A DNA stretch of 63,850 nucleotides, counting the filler, from Octopus bimaculoides (Eukaryota), in NCBI RefSeq assembly GCF_001194135.2. It is 6 parts of 6 records of this genome, joined end to end, with 100 filler letters (N's around TTAATTAATTAA, not from the genome) between each part and the next. Parts side by side here need not be neighbours in the genome. Positions count along the whole stretch, not along the records: positions 1 to 19,205 come from NC_068998.1; 5 more parts are not named here. One strand, given 5' to 3'. The stretch's first letter is position 1. Every line of letters starts with the position of its first letter. Below are positions 1-12,487 of the stretch, one piece after another. A program made the position numbers and the translations under genes. The notes below the pieces were generated by a model. It ran no database searches. It worked only from the letters and a program-made list of their open reading frames with translations, and was not told the origin of the DNA.

Positions 1-216
1 ATGGCTTCTAACAAAGAAACGCATACCCAAGGCATGCAACAATGGAGCCCTCTAAGCTTGACCTTCCAAAAAATAACGACCCAGTCTCTCTCAAATACCA
101 CCTTCCCTTCCATTTTAAAAACAGACAGACAAGATTGGACAATATTGGACATTTAAAAATCACAGGAAAGTTATGGCACACACATACACACACATGCACA
201 CACACACACACACATG

Positions 217-365
217 CGACAGGCTGCTTTCAGTTTCCGTCTACCAAATCCTCTCACAAGGCTTTGGTCGGCCCAAGGCTACAGTAGAAGACACTTGCCC
301 AAAGTGCCATACAGTGGAACTGAACCTGGAACCATGTGGCTGGTAAGCAAGCTACTTACCACACA
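217..365 (-). mobile_element. tRNA-derived SINE family A, 5' half
   Basis: Reverse complement reads TGTGTGGTAAGTAGCTTGCTTACC...GGTTCAGTTCC...CTTGGGCAAGTGTCTTCTACT...GTAGACGGAAACTGAAAG. The same module recurs many times in the window. Confidence 0.85.
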
Positions 366-764
366 AAATAATAAAGGTGGCTGGACACAATATAAAACCA
401 AAAAGGAAATAATTCACCATCACTAAAAGTGGCCAAGGGTGCAGAGAGCAGTGGCATTGCTAGAAATAGGAGTCAAAAACTCCTTAGCCATGAAAAGTCT
501 TCTGTTCTATTTGAACTGCCACTTTTAGCGATGGTGAATCACTTCCGTTTTGGTTTTAAATTGTGTCCAGCCATTTTTATTTATATTATAATGATTGAAG
601 AATTATTTTATAATTGTCACATGACCATTTGGTGATATCAGTTACTGATTTCTTTTGGCGCTGCCTATAATACTGACAGGTGTGAGTTCAAATATACGTA
701 TATATATATGTGTGTATATATATATGGGCGTGTATGTGTCATTGTGCTTATATTTGCTGCCCCT

Positions 765-970
765 TCCCAACCATCTGTTAACAACCAGTGTTGGTTTGTA
801 TGCAACCTGTAGCTAAGTGGTTTAGCAAAAGAGGTCAATAGAATAAGAACCAGTCTGAGAAGAACAAAACAAGGACTGGGGGTACGGGGTTGGGGTCAAT
901 TCTTTTGACTAAACCCGTCATAACTGTGCTATGGCATGTCTGCAATTGAATGACCGAAACAGGTAAAAGA
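765..970 (+). mobile_element. SINE family A, degenerate 3' half
   Basis: Matches the 3' part of the copy at 48313-48715 (TTAGC..GGTT..GCAAAAGAG..ATAGAATAAG...GGGTCAAT...GACTAAA...GACCGAAACAGGTAAAAG). Confidence 0.7.
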
Positions 971-984
971 TAATAGACTAACGC

Positions 985-1102
985 TGTTGTGGTTGTTGTT
1001 GTTGTTGTTATTGTGGTTGTGGTTGTTGTTGTGGTTGTTGTTGTGGTTGTGGTCGTTGTTGTTATTGTTGTTGTAGTGGTGGTGGTGGTGGTGGTTGTTG
1101 TT
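985..1102. repeat. (GTT/GTG)n trinucleotide microsatellite
   Basis: Directly visible. It produces the poly-Thr ORF 835..1170. Confidence 0.95.
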
Positions 1103-1261
1103 ATCAACATCCTGTTGTTTTCCTCTTTAAGATTTTGATAACAGAGATAAAATCTTATCAAACCCAACACACTAATTTTCCCATAAACTAAAACAATTTC
1201 GGAATAAATTAATTTAATTTATTCTAATGTTCTTTTACTCCTTATGACACGTATAGCACAG

Positions 1262-1413
1262 TTATGGTTGTGTGGTTAAGAAGTTTGCTTCTCATCCATG
1301 AGGTTTCATGTTCAATCCTACTGGAAGCCACCTTGGACGAGTGTCTTCTATGGTCCCAGAGCCTTGTGAATAGACTTTGTAGATGGAAACTGAAAAAGTC
1401 ATGGTGTGGCTGT

Positions 1414-1474
<61 letters not shown>

Positions 1475-1559
1475 TGAGAGAGGAGGAGAGGGGAAAGAGA
1501 GAAAGAGAGAGAGAGATAGAGAGAGAAAGAGAGATAGTGAGAGAGGAGGAGAAGGGGAA

Positions 1560-1598
<39 letters not shown>

Positions 1599-1600
1599 TT
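1262..1600 (+). mobile_element. Degenerate SINE A head followed by (GATA)n and (GA)n microsatellites
   Basis: GGTTGTGTGGTTAAGAAGTTTGCTT...GTTCAATCC...CCTTGGACGAGTGTCTTCTA...GTAGATGGAAACTGAAA, then simple repeats. Confidence 0.75.
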
Positions 1601-2096
1601 GACAAACTGATAAACAGACAAACAGATAAACAGTTAGATAAAGACAAGAGAGAAAATAGGAGGAAAAGATATAAAAGTATAAAAGATAATGGAAACCGTT
1701 CTGCCAATATTGAAATACCAAGTGAATTTTGTAGATTAATTACACTGCATGATTAATTAACAATATGAAGTAATATTAAGAGTGTTATTAGCCAAGGTCA
1801 TTTCATTCTGTGAAAATAGGTGGGTAATTATGCCGGACAAAATGTATAGCAGTATTTTGTGTTTGTATGGTCTGATTACAAATGGCAAGGTCAGCTTTAC
1901 CTCTCATCCTGTCGGGTTTGATGAAATAAAGGTCAGTTGAGGCCTGGGGTTCACGCATTGTACCTGCAGTAGAAAGGTTTATTAAAGAGCTTTGCAGAAT
2001 TGTTAGCACACTGCACAAAGTTCTTAGCAGTATTTCTGAGTTCTGAGTTCAAGTGATGTTGGGGGGACAAACACATACATACATATACATATATAT

Positions 2097-2258
2097 GATG
2101 GGCTTCTTTCAGTTTCCGTCTACCAAATCTACTCACAAGGCTTTGGTCGGCCTGAGATTATAGTAGGATACACTTGCCCAAGGTGTCAAACAGTGGGACT
2201 GAACTCAGAACCATGTGCTTGGAAAGGAAGCTACTTACCACACAGCCACTCCTGCACC
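2097..2258 (-). mobile_element. SINE family A, 5' half
   Basis: High similarity to the reverse complement of 48313-48455. Confidence 0.85.
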
Positions 2259-2890
2259 TATAGTGTGAAAATATTATACCACTCATGTAAAAATTAATTA
2301 AGATAACATATTGAGACCCTAGGATAAAACATATAATGGGCCCAGGAGCCAGCATGTTAAGAATACACATGTCTGTGGATTGTTCAGTCCCTTGCATGTT
2401 GATTTCATGAGAAGGCTGTTCCGATTATCAGATTAACAGGAACACTTGTGCCAGGAACTCCGAACCCAGACAGAGCTTTCAAGAACGAACGTTCCTACCT
2501 GCCCACAAGACCATGACAATCCACTTTTATTTCCTACATGGTTGGAACTCTAGTACTTTAACAAGATAGGAAACCAGCATTGACATTTATATTTAGCATA
2601 AAAAAAAACCCCACACTTTATATTGAGCAATGAGAAATAAATACAAACTGGTTTTGATTTAACTCTGGGATTTTCCTGATTTTATTTATGTAATTTTTCA
2701 TAGAGAAATGACGGAGAGTATTTTTGTGTCTACCCATATTACGAAGTCTAATGAAATACTATTCTAATGAAATACTAATAATATTTCTGCTTGCACACAC
2801 ACACACACACACAAATACACATATATACACATGCATCCACACACACACACATATATATACATACGTACTAACATATTTAAGTGCAACCAT

Positions 2891-3258
2891 ATTCTTTTAT
2901 TCTTTTATTTGTTGCAGTTATTTTGACTGCGGCCACGCTGGAGCACCGCCTTTAGTCGAGCGAATCGACCCCAGTACTTATTCTGTTGGTCTATTTCACT
3001 GAAACACTAAGTTACGGGGACATAAACACACTGACGTTGGTTGTCAACCAATGGTTGGGGGGAGAAACACAGACACACAAACATATATATAAATATGATG
3101 GGCTTCTTTCAGTTTCCGTCTACCAGATCCACTCACAAAGTTTTGGTCGGCTTGTGGCTATAGTAGAAGACACTTGTCCAAGGTGTCATGCAGCAGGACT
3201 GAACCCAGAACCTTGTGGTTGGGAAGCAAGCTACTTACCACACAATCTCTCCTGCGCC
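2891..3258 (-). mobile_element. SINE family A, near full length
   Basis: Head, central (TA/CA) tract and 3' tail (GCTCCAGCGTGGCCGCAGTCAAAATAACTGCAAC...AAAAGAATAAAAGAATA) are all present on the minus strand. A second 3' fragment follows at about 3262-3420. Confidence 0.85.
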
Positions 3259-4380
3259 TATATATATTCTTTTATTCATTTATTCTTTTACTTGTTTCAG
3301 TCATTTTACTGTGGCCAAGCTGGAGTACCACCCTTTAGTCGAACAAATTGGCCCCAGGACTTATTTTTTGTAAACTTAGGACTTATTCTATCGGTTACTT
3401 TGCTGAACCACTAAGTTACGAGGGTTGGCAAGCCAGAAGGCTGCACCAGTCTCCAATCTGATCATAGAGTTTAATTAAATTAGACATAAGATTTAATTAA
3501 ATTAAAACACATTAGTATAATAATACCTAAAATCTCCAAGAAGTTAAGGAGATAGACGAAGAATATGTTGTCTCTCTTCTATGCTGAAGTGGAGACAACA
3601 TGTTCTTTGCCTATCTCCTTTAGAAAAAAAAATAATCACTGGGGTCAGTTCGTTCAACTAAAATTCGTTCAAGCAAGCTTCTTACCAGACTGCCGCTACT
3701 CCTTAAAAAGACTGCCATGCACTGCAAGAAAGAAATAAGAAAATGACACATTAAATGATAATGTGGTTGTTGATAGAAGACAAACTTGCAGCTCCTGGGC
3801 AAGTCTCCTTTGTTTATGGGTCTAATATGTCAATGCAATCTAGATCTAAACAACAGGAATGACAAGAACAACAATGAAAACAACAACAATGGCAACAATG
3901 CCGGCAACAGTAACAACAACATAGCAGTGACAGGAATGCAATTACTATTGAATGACTATTGCCACATAAATAGAACTATTGTAAGTTGAAGTAACTTGCT
4001 GTGTGACTTCAATGACCAAATGAACCAAAAAACTCTTTATACAATGGAAGTAGGTTAAACATTTTATGGCCACATTTTCCCTTTTTATTCATTGGTTATG
4101 CCTAACACTTGCAATTCCTAAGAGTTTCAAAATTAAAAACTCTTTTATTTACCAAGTTTAGTCATTCACGACGTTGACTAATCTACTTCTGGGTTGGTTT
4201 CCAGCATGCTGTAAAAATCACTGACAGCAAGGCAGTCCATTGCCATTATGACAGCACACCTATTCTGACAGGTAATATTCTTTTCTACTTTAGGCACCAG
4301 GCCCNNNNNNNNNNNNNNNNNNNNNNNNNNNNNNNNNNNNNNNNNNNNNNNNNNNNNNNNNNNNNNNNNNNNNNNNNNNN

Positions 4381-4719
4381 CCTGAAAGGATGAAAGGCAA
4401 AGTCAACCTCGGCAAAATTTGAACTCAGAACGTAAAGACAGACGAAATACTGCTAAGCATTTTGCCCGGCGTGCTAACGTTTCTTATTTCTTTATTACCC
4501 ATAATGGGGCTAAACATAGGGGGGACAAACAAGGACAGACAAAGGGATTAAGTTGATTACATCGACCCCAGTGCGTAACTGGTACTTAATTTATCGATCC
4601 CGAAAGGATGAAAGGCAAAGTCGACCTCGGCGGAATTTGAACTCAGAACGTAAAGACAGACGAAGTACCGATAAGCATTTCGTCCGGCGTGCTAACGTTT
4701 CTGCCAGCTCGTCGCCTTA
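4381..4719 (-). mobile_element. SINE family B, tandem/dimeric copy
   Basis: On the minus strand a full copy (TAAGGCGACGAGCTGGCAGAAACGTTAGC...AATAAAGAAAT) runs straight into a second body starting AAGAAACGTTAGCACGCCGGGC. Confidence 0.85.
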
Positions 4720-5387
4720 CTCAGAGGTAATATTGTGCTTGCACAGCTAGACTGGTGATATAACTAGTTTTGATGGGCGTTTGGGCTTGTCAACCTTGGA
4801 AGATAGCCAGATAAGGGGGAGGACAGCTTGACTTCTGCATCTTGCTCACTACTACAAATCTGTTGCATGGTTAGATCATGGGAAGTTAGTAAGCTTCAAG
4901 CATAAAACACAGCTAGTATAGATGACAAAAGGTGGACAATATATGATTAAAAAGGGTTTATTAACCCTTGTAAGCTACGCACTTTCTCCCATATTGAAAT
5001 CAAAGGAAGTTTCGATAAGCTGACAGTCATCATAGAATTCATGGTTTAGCAAGTAAAGTTACTAAAAACACGAATAAAAATCAGAAAATGTAAGGAATGG
5101 AAAAGGTAAATAAACATTACAAATGTTTCATAACTAAAACGATTTATTACATAACTTGTACAAACACCTAAAACCTGATTAACTAATCTTCAGATCCTAT
5201 TTGCTTCAAGTTGTTTATATTTTTTATATAATCTCCTTCATTTAACATCTGTGTTCTGTACAGGCATCAGTTGGAGACACACACACACACACACACACAC
5301 TACATTTGCGAAAATAAAAAGTCCTATATATCTACTTTAGGCACTTTGTGAAATCAGAAACAAAAATAAAACATACATACATACATT

Positions 5388-5436
<49 letters not shown>

Positions 5437-5545
5437 TTATTGAAGCTTCAAAATCTTCAACAGTTTATATAGATTTATTACAAACATATTACTTCCCTCC
5501 TTGTTTTGCATTTATGTGGTTACTCATGTATGCGTATGTGTTTAC

Positions 5546-5628
<83 letters not shown>

Positions 5629-5904
5629 GGGTGTATATTCTGTGTGTGTCAACAATGACAGATTCGTTGTGAATATTAACCTTACACATTAATTTTATGA
5701 CAAATCTTAGTGGAAAACTTTTATTATACCTTTGCTTAAAACAACAACCATATGCCAATGATATATATGGTGTATGAGATATAAAATGCATATATTATAT
5801 CTCTTACATATATATAAAAACTCGATCATTGCTTAGAAAATATTTTTCATTTTTAACCTCTTATATAGTACACACTAGGGATTTTGACCTTTAAATTTTG
5901 GGAA

Positions 5905-5938
5905 AAAAATGCGGATTATACTCGAGGATTTACAGTAT
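5905..5938. mobile_element. Possible single terminal inverted repeat of a Tc1/mariner-pogo (Tc2-like) element
   Basis: AAAAATGCGGATTATACTCGAGGATTTACAGTA resembles Tc2/pogo-type termini and is followed by TA. The other end was not seen. Confidence 0.35.
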
Positions 5939-6465
5939 ATATATATATATATATATACATGTATATATATATAGTTTTAGGGAAAAGAACCAAGGTTCAT
6001 GAAACTTAATTTAATTTCAATTTTTAATAAATTGAATTTAATTGAGTTTTTACCTGTAAATTTGGATTTTTATCCCTAATAATATTATTATTATATATAC
6101 ATGTATATATATATGTATTTATGAATGTATNNNNNNNNNNNNNNNNNNNNNNNNNNNNNNNNNNNNNNNNNNNNNNNNNNNNNNNNNNNNNNNNNNNNNN
6201 NNNNNNNNNNNNNNNNNNNNNNNNNNNNNNNNNNNNNNNNNNNNNNNNNNNNNNNNNNNNNNNNNNNNNNNNNNNNNNNNNNNNNNNNNNNNNNNNNNNN
6301 NNNNNNNNNNNNNNNNNNNNNNNNNNNNNNNNNNNNNNNNNNNNNNNNNNNNNNNNNNNNNNNNNNNNNNNNNNNNNNNNNNNNNNNNNNNNNNNNNNNN
6401 NNNNNNNNNNNNNNNNNNNNNNNNNNNNNNNNNNNNNNNNNNNNNNNNNNNNNNNNNNNNNNNNN

Positions 6466-6506
<41 letters not shown>

Positions 6507-6584
6507 GTATGTATCTATATGTATATGTATATATATGTATGTATGTATGTGTGTGTGTGTGTGTGTGTCTGTCTGTTTGTCTGT

Positions 6585-6735
6585 CTTTGTATCGCCACCA
6601 TAACTTAGCGGTTCGGCAAAAGAGACAGATCGAATAAGTGCCAGGTTTCCAAACAATAAATCCTGGGGTCAGTTTCTTCTAAAGGTGGTGCTCCAGCATG
6701 TCCGCAGCCACATGACCAAAACAAGTGAAACAACA
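6585..6735 (+). mobile_element. SINE family A, 3' half
   Basis: TAACTTAGCGGTTCGGCAAAAGAGACAGATCGAATAAG...GGTGCTCCAGCATGTCCGCAG. Confidence 0.8.
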
Positions 6736-7601
6736 ATTAACTATGCCATTTGAATCCTGAGCAACGCCCGGTATCTTTGATTGTATAATATATAATTTGT
6801 ACATATGTATACAAGTAAAATATATATATGTATATGTATATACGCATATATACATGCACACACATGCACAAACACACATCTGTATGTGTGCATACATGCA
6901 TCATTCCTCCAATCTCTTGTGTACTCTCTTATATTTGAACTACATGACATATAAAGGTTTAAAATTGCAGCATGGAAGATATTTTTTTTTTCTTTTTTCG
7001 TTGTATTTTTAATTCATTGAATTTTAGCCACCAACACTCCCTGTTCTAAGATAAGTGGGGTCGCTTTGGTGACGGAAGTTCAAATGTTTGTGTTTATTTA
7101 GCAATCACCGAATATTGTACTGATATACACACATATGTACTGTAAGTAGATCCGGGAATATTTCGATATGTGTGCACACACCAATGCTATGTATGTATGC
7201 ATATATATACATGTTTATGTGTACATATGTACATCTATGTCTGTGTGTGTGTGTTTGTATACACACACATATATATATATATAAATATATATNNNNNNNN
7301 NNNNNNNNNNNNNNNNNNNNNNNNNNNNNNNNNNNNNNNNNNNNNNNNNNNNNNNNNNNNNNNNNNNNNNNNNNNNNNNNNNNNNNNNNNNNNNNNNNNN
7401 NNNNNNNNNNNNNNNNNNNNNNNNNNNNNNNNNNNNNNNNNNNNNNNNNNNNNNNNNNNNNNNNNNNNNNNNNNNNNNNNNNNNNNNNNNNNNNNNNNNN
7501 NNNNNNNNNNNNNNNNNNNNNNNNNNNNNNNNNNNNNNNNNNNNNNNNNNNNNNNNNNNTATATATATATATATATTTGTATATATATTTATATATATAT
7601 C

Positions 7602-7669
<68 letters not shown>

Positions 7670-7742
7670 TATTTGTATATAGACAGACATACACACATAT
7701 TTGCATACATACATACATACACACGCATACATACACACACAA

Positions 7743-7778
<36 letters not shown>

Positions 7779-8014
7779 GCAAGTACATGTAAGTGCACAC
7801 ACATGCATATGTGTATATACGTGTACATACATGTGCAGGACTGGAGGTTATTAACTTATACAATCTAAATAAGGAATAAACACCTAAAATTAAAGCCTTC
7901 CATTGGTCAGTTTTTCAGCCAACACAAAACTTATCAGCACTCTTAGAATACTTTCTCATTCACCAATATAAATGGACAACCGGAACAGACCAAGTGAAGA
8001 AGCTACAGTGAGTA

Positions 8015-8130
8015 GTATACAGAGCCTGGCACAGCCTTCTGGCTTGGCAGCCCTCAGTCAAACCGTCCAACCCATGCCAGCATGGAAAGCAGACGTTAAA
8101 CGATGATGATGATGATAATGATGATGATAT
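8015..8130 (+). mobile_element. Retroposon 3' tail module D ending in (GAT)n
   Basis: CAGTCAAACCGTCCAACCCATGCCAGCATGGAAAGCAGACGTTAAACGATGATGATG. Same module as 62040-62248. Confidence 0.8.
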
Positions 8131-8721
8131 CCCATATAAATTATGTAGAAGATTTTAACACTTGTAGTATTGAATAGTTTGAAGTTATGTTTATGCTTTA
8201 AAAGCAGAAAGATATACAAAACCCACAAGAACAGTGAAAAGTTATAGCTTACACCACCACTGCTGCCGTCGAAGCCACCACCACCAACAACAACAACACC
8301 ACCACTTTTAAGTGGCACCTGCACCTAAAAAGGACAAGCCTCTATGTGCAGAAGACTGTGATTTTATTTAGCTTGATGTATCTTATCAAGTTCAGCAAAT
8401 CGCCACATCTCTCAGTTCCTTATCATTTCCCCGAGAACCAGGAGATGTGGCAATCCATATATATATATATATATACATATATATATGAGAGTATTGTAGT
8501 TCGCTTGAAGCATTGTGTATTGTTTGTAAAGAATAAAAAGTTTAGGAAGGTATAACAAAGCACTATAGAACAGGGTGTCCCAAAAAGATGTACTCATTGT
8601 TTGACTTCCCAGTACTCATGCATTTTGAGTTCAAGTAGATGTTCATTGAATGACTCTCCCCAGACACAACAGAATATGCTTCAACACACGAACTCACATA
8701 AAGAATCTTGCAAACCAAATC

Positions 8722-8860
8722 CATCATCGTCGTTGTTTAACGTCCGCTTTCCATGCTAGCATGGGTTGGACAATTTGACTGACGACTGGTGAAGCCAGAT
8801 GGCTACACCAGGCTCCAATCTGATTTGGCAGAGTTTCTACAGCTGGATGCCCTTCCTAAC
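8722..8860 (-). mobile_element. Retroposon 3' tail module D
   Basis: Reverse complement of the 62100-62230 module. Confidence 0.85.
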
Positions 8861-8890
8861 CTTAAAATGATATATATATATATATATATA

Positions 8891-9450
8891 CTCATGAGGT
8901 AGTATCAAAAAGTTCCTGGTCTAGTTTTGTTGTGTGCCAACAGATGGCAGCATATGGTTGGATGCACAGTGAGAGCTAGGAGTGACTGTCATGAGAAATA
9001 TCACTGTATTTTCTTTGCAAATTGTGAAATTTGTGTTTTTGTGATCACATGTATGCTGTAGTTTGTGATTTTGTCATGGACAGGAACAAAGAGCTGACAT
9101 GAAATTTTGTGTTAAACTTGGGAAATCTGCTACAGAGACATTGAGCATGCTTCAGCAAGTTTACAGCGATGAGACAATGAGTCATATGCAATGTTTCAAG
9201 TGGCCCGGGCACTTTAGAAGTGGAAGAATGTTCCTGGAAGACAATGAGCGATCTGGAAGTCCTGCCATGAGGTCATTTCTGGAAATGTGGCATTGTGCAT
9301 TGAGAATTCTTCCCCCCCTCCCCCAGGGCCAGACCATCAACTGAGAGTTCTACTGTGATGTTTTGAAGCATTTGAAGGAAGACATTTGGCGAAAGCAACC
9401 AGATCTATGGAGCATGAAGAACTGGATTCCTCGTGATAACAATGCACTCC
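8891..9450 (+). mobile_element. Internally deleted mariner transposon remnant
   Basis: TIR-like TA|CTCATGAGGTAGTATCAAAAAGTTCC. Translation MKFCVKLGKSATETLSMLQQVYSDETMSHMQCFKW (paired-like HTH) jumps to PQGQTIN*EFYCDVLKHLKEDIWRKQP (catalytic region). Confidence 0.85.
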
Positions 9451-9537
9451 TCAATTGTGAGTCTCCCCTCTAGAACACCACACCCGTTGGATGTAGATGA
9501 AAAAAAAAATCCTACTGTATTCTTAAAATCAAATATA

Positions 9538-9720
9538 GGCACAGTCCTGGTTGTGTGGTAAGAAGCTTGCTTGCCAACCACATGGTTCCTGGTTCAGTCC
9601 TCTGCATGGCACCTTCGGCAAGTTTCTTCTGCAATAGCTTTGGGCCATACAAAGATTTCAGTCATTGTCAAACACTTCCTTGTAAAACAGATATATGCCA
9701 GCATGGAAGGTGAATGTTAA

Positions 9721-9806
<86 letters not shown>
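9538..9806 (+). mobile_element. SINE A head joined to tail D and a long (GAT)n tract
   Basis: GGTTGTGTGGTAAGAAGCTTGCTTGCCAACCACATGGTTCC... then GCCAGCATGGAAGGTGAATGTTAAATGATGATG. Confidence 0.7.
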
Positions 9807-10510
9807 NNNNNNNNNNNNNNNNNNNNNNNNNNNNNNNNNNNNNNNNNNNNNNNNNNNNNNNNNNNNNNNNNNNNNNNNNNNNNNNNNNNNNNNNNNNNNN
9901 NNNNNNNNNNNNNNNNNNNNNNNNNNNNNNNNNNNNNNNNNNNNNNNNNNNNNNNNNNNNNNNNNNNNNNNNNNNNNNNNNNNNNNNNNNNNNNNNNNNN
10001 NNNNNNNNNNNNNNNNNNNNNNNNNNNNNNNNNNNNNNNNNNNNNNNNNNNNNNNNNNNNNNNNNNNNNNNNNNNNNNNNNNNNNNNNNNNNNNNNNNNN
10101 NNNNNNNNNNNNNNNNNNNNNNNNNNNNNNNNNNNNNNNNNNNNNNNNNNNNNNNNNNNNNNNNNNNNNNNNNNNNNNNNNNNNNNNNNNNNNNNNNNNN
10201 NNNNNNNNNNNNNNNNNNNNNNNNNNNNNNNNNNNNNNNNNNNNNNNNNNNNNNNNNNNNNNNNNNNNNNNNNNNNNNNNNNNNNNNNNNNNNNNNNNNN
10301 NNNNNNNNNNNNNNNNNNNNNNNNNNNNNNNNNNNNNNNNNNNNNNNNNNNNNNNNNNNNNNNNNNNNNNNNNNNNNNNNNNNNNNNNNNNNNNNNNNNN
10401 NNNNNNNNNNNNNNNNNNNNNNNNNNNNNNNNNNNNNNNNNNNNNNNNNNNNNNNNNNNNNNNNNNNNNNNNNNNNNNNNNNNNNNNNNNNNNNNNNNNN
10501 NNNNNNNNNN

Positions 10511-10544
<34 letters not shown>

Positions 10545-11156
10545 CTACTTCAGTTTAATGTGAAATTGTACATGTAATCTAACATACACACATCAATGCA
10601 TGTATATATATATGTATTATATATACATGTGTGTGTGTGTGTGTGTTTATATATGCACATAAATGAAAATACTAGAGAAAACATTGTCTTTTCTATTGTT
10701 CTATATTTAGAATGCGTTTATTCTATTTCCTCCTTGACATACAAATAGATTTGTTTGTTTTCCCTGTTTGTTGGATTTTATTTTCCTGAAGTCTTCCTTT
10801 GTTACCACTAAAACATCAGTCCGTTTGCTGTTCCTGTAATTATTCTCTACACCCTCTCCCCCCACCCCACTCACACAGACACACACACACACACATTATC
10901 TTTTATGTTTAGCTTTTACTGGTGTCAGTCATTGGAATGGGCCCATACTGGAGCAATTGCTTTCAAGGGTCTTAACCAAACAAATCACCCACCAGTATGT
11001 TTTCTTTTCTTTTTTTGTTTTGTTTTAGTTCTCCTACTCATTCTATCGGTTCCTTTTTGTCATACTGCCAAGTTATGGTAGCATATAACATAGCTGCACT
11101 GGATGTCAACTGGTGGTGGTGGAGGACAAATGCAGCACAAGTTCAGATACATGTAG

Positions 11157-11202
<46 letters not shown>

Positions 11203-11243
11203 TTAATAAATGAAGTAATATGCATGTGTTAAATGAATTCTTT

Positions 11244-11335
11244 TATTTCCGACATATGTTTCGAAGATTACAAATGGTTCCTTCCAAAGGAATAAGTGAT
11301 GTTGATAAAGATGTAATCTTCTCTTCGGGGAAATA
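11244..11335 (-). ncRNA. Minimal type I hammerhead ribozyme fold (Penelope/retrozyme-like) with a U4C core change
   Basis: Minus strand: TATTTCC-CCGAAGA-GAAGATTACA-[39 nt]-TGTAATCTTC-GAAAC-ATAT-GTC-GGAAATA. It has a 7-bp stem I, a 10-bp stem II, a 2-bp stem III with a palindromic loop, and a GUC site. Confidence 0.75.
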
Positions 11336-11470
11336 CATAGGATCCAACTTAACCGTAAGACATTTTAACCGAATGTGACAACTGTGGGTAGAGAAGATTG
11401 CTACGTATCTTATTTGACAACACTACCTACCTACCTTCCTGCCTGCCTGCCTGTCTGTCTAAACTACCTG

Positions 11471-11513
<43 letters not shown>

Positions 11514-11589
11514 GTTTGTCTGTCTGTCTCTCTGTTTATCTATTTGTATATCTATCTATCTATCTTTCACACAATTTCTCTTTCTCCAT

Positions 11590-11631
<42 letters not shown>

Positions 11632-12307
11632 ATTTTTCTCTCAACAACTTTTCTCGTCTCCTTCTTCTCAATATATGTTGTGACAGGGTTATCTCTGTTT
11701 TTAGTGAAATGGTATACCCCTTCCCACATGGCAAAGTGATATGATCCAGTAGATTCGTTGTACAAGTTCACAATTGGATTCAGTGTCAGTTACACGATAC
11801 ATACGAGGTTGAGATACTGTCAAGGTAGACGTTTCAAAGTCTACCTGCGTTAGCACAATAGATGAGTCAAAGATAATAAGATGTGGAATACCGTACACAA
11901 CAATCTCTACTTTTGATTCCTCCCCTTCTTTCCACCATCACAACAATAGATCTTTTGATAGCCAGACATGCGGAAATAAGCTTCTCTTTTATACTGTGTA
12001 CATGTATGTGTGCATATAATCACTGTTATAATCACAGCCATTACTATTTTTACCACCATGGCCACTGCCACCACCACTGCCACCACCGCAATCATCACCT
12101 TCCTAGATTCTTGTCATTCTTTATACATAGAAACGTAACAAAATTTCTAGCCATACCAAAATAGATGTGACATAAATAATCAGGTTGTAAATGCTGTTGG
12201 AATTCCCTGAAACGAGAAGAATTCCATTTCCTGATCAACAATTATTTATTATTTTCGTCAATCTGCAACTGATGGAATTAGAAAAGAAAATAATATAATA
12301 CATATAG

Positions 12308-12487
12308 ACTGCCAAGCTGTATCGGCCTTTGCCTTTCCCTTGGATAACACTGGTGGCATGGAGAGAGGAGGCCGGTATGCATGGGTGACTGCTGGTCTTC
12401 CATAAACAACCTTGCTTGGACTTGTGCCTGGGAGGGTAAATTTCTAGGTTCAATCCCAGGGTCAGTCATAACCGAAGGGGGTCTCAG
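12308..12487 (+). mobile_element. SINE family C, 5'-truncated
   Basis: GCCAAGCTGTATCGGCCTTTGCCTTTCCCTTGG...GACCGAAGGGGGTCT matches 21590-21765. Confidence 0.85.

Noticed and set aside
5115-5200. Possible minus-strand hammerhead (CUGAAGA ... GAAAC-AUUU-GUA)
   Set aside because: Stem II cannot be paired and stem I has only 2 bp. At best a heavily decayed relic.
8250-8327. Minus-strand mini-exon with acceptor CTTGTCCTTTTTAG and donor GTAAGC
   Set aside because: It is mostly a GGT/GTT simple repeat, with no partner exons or homology.
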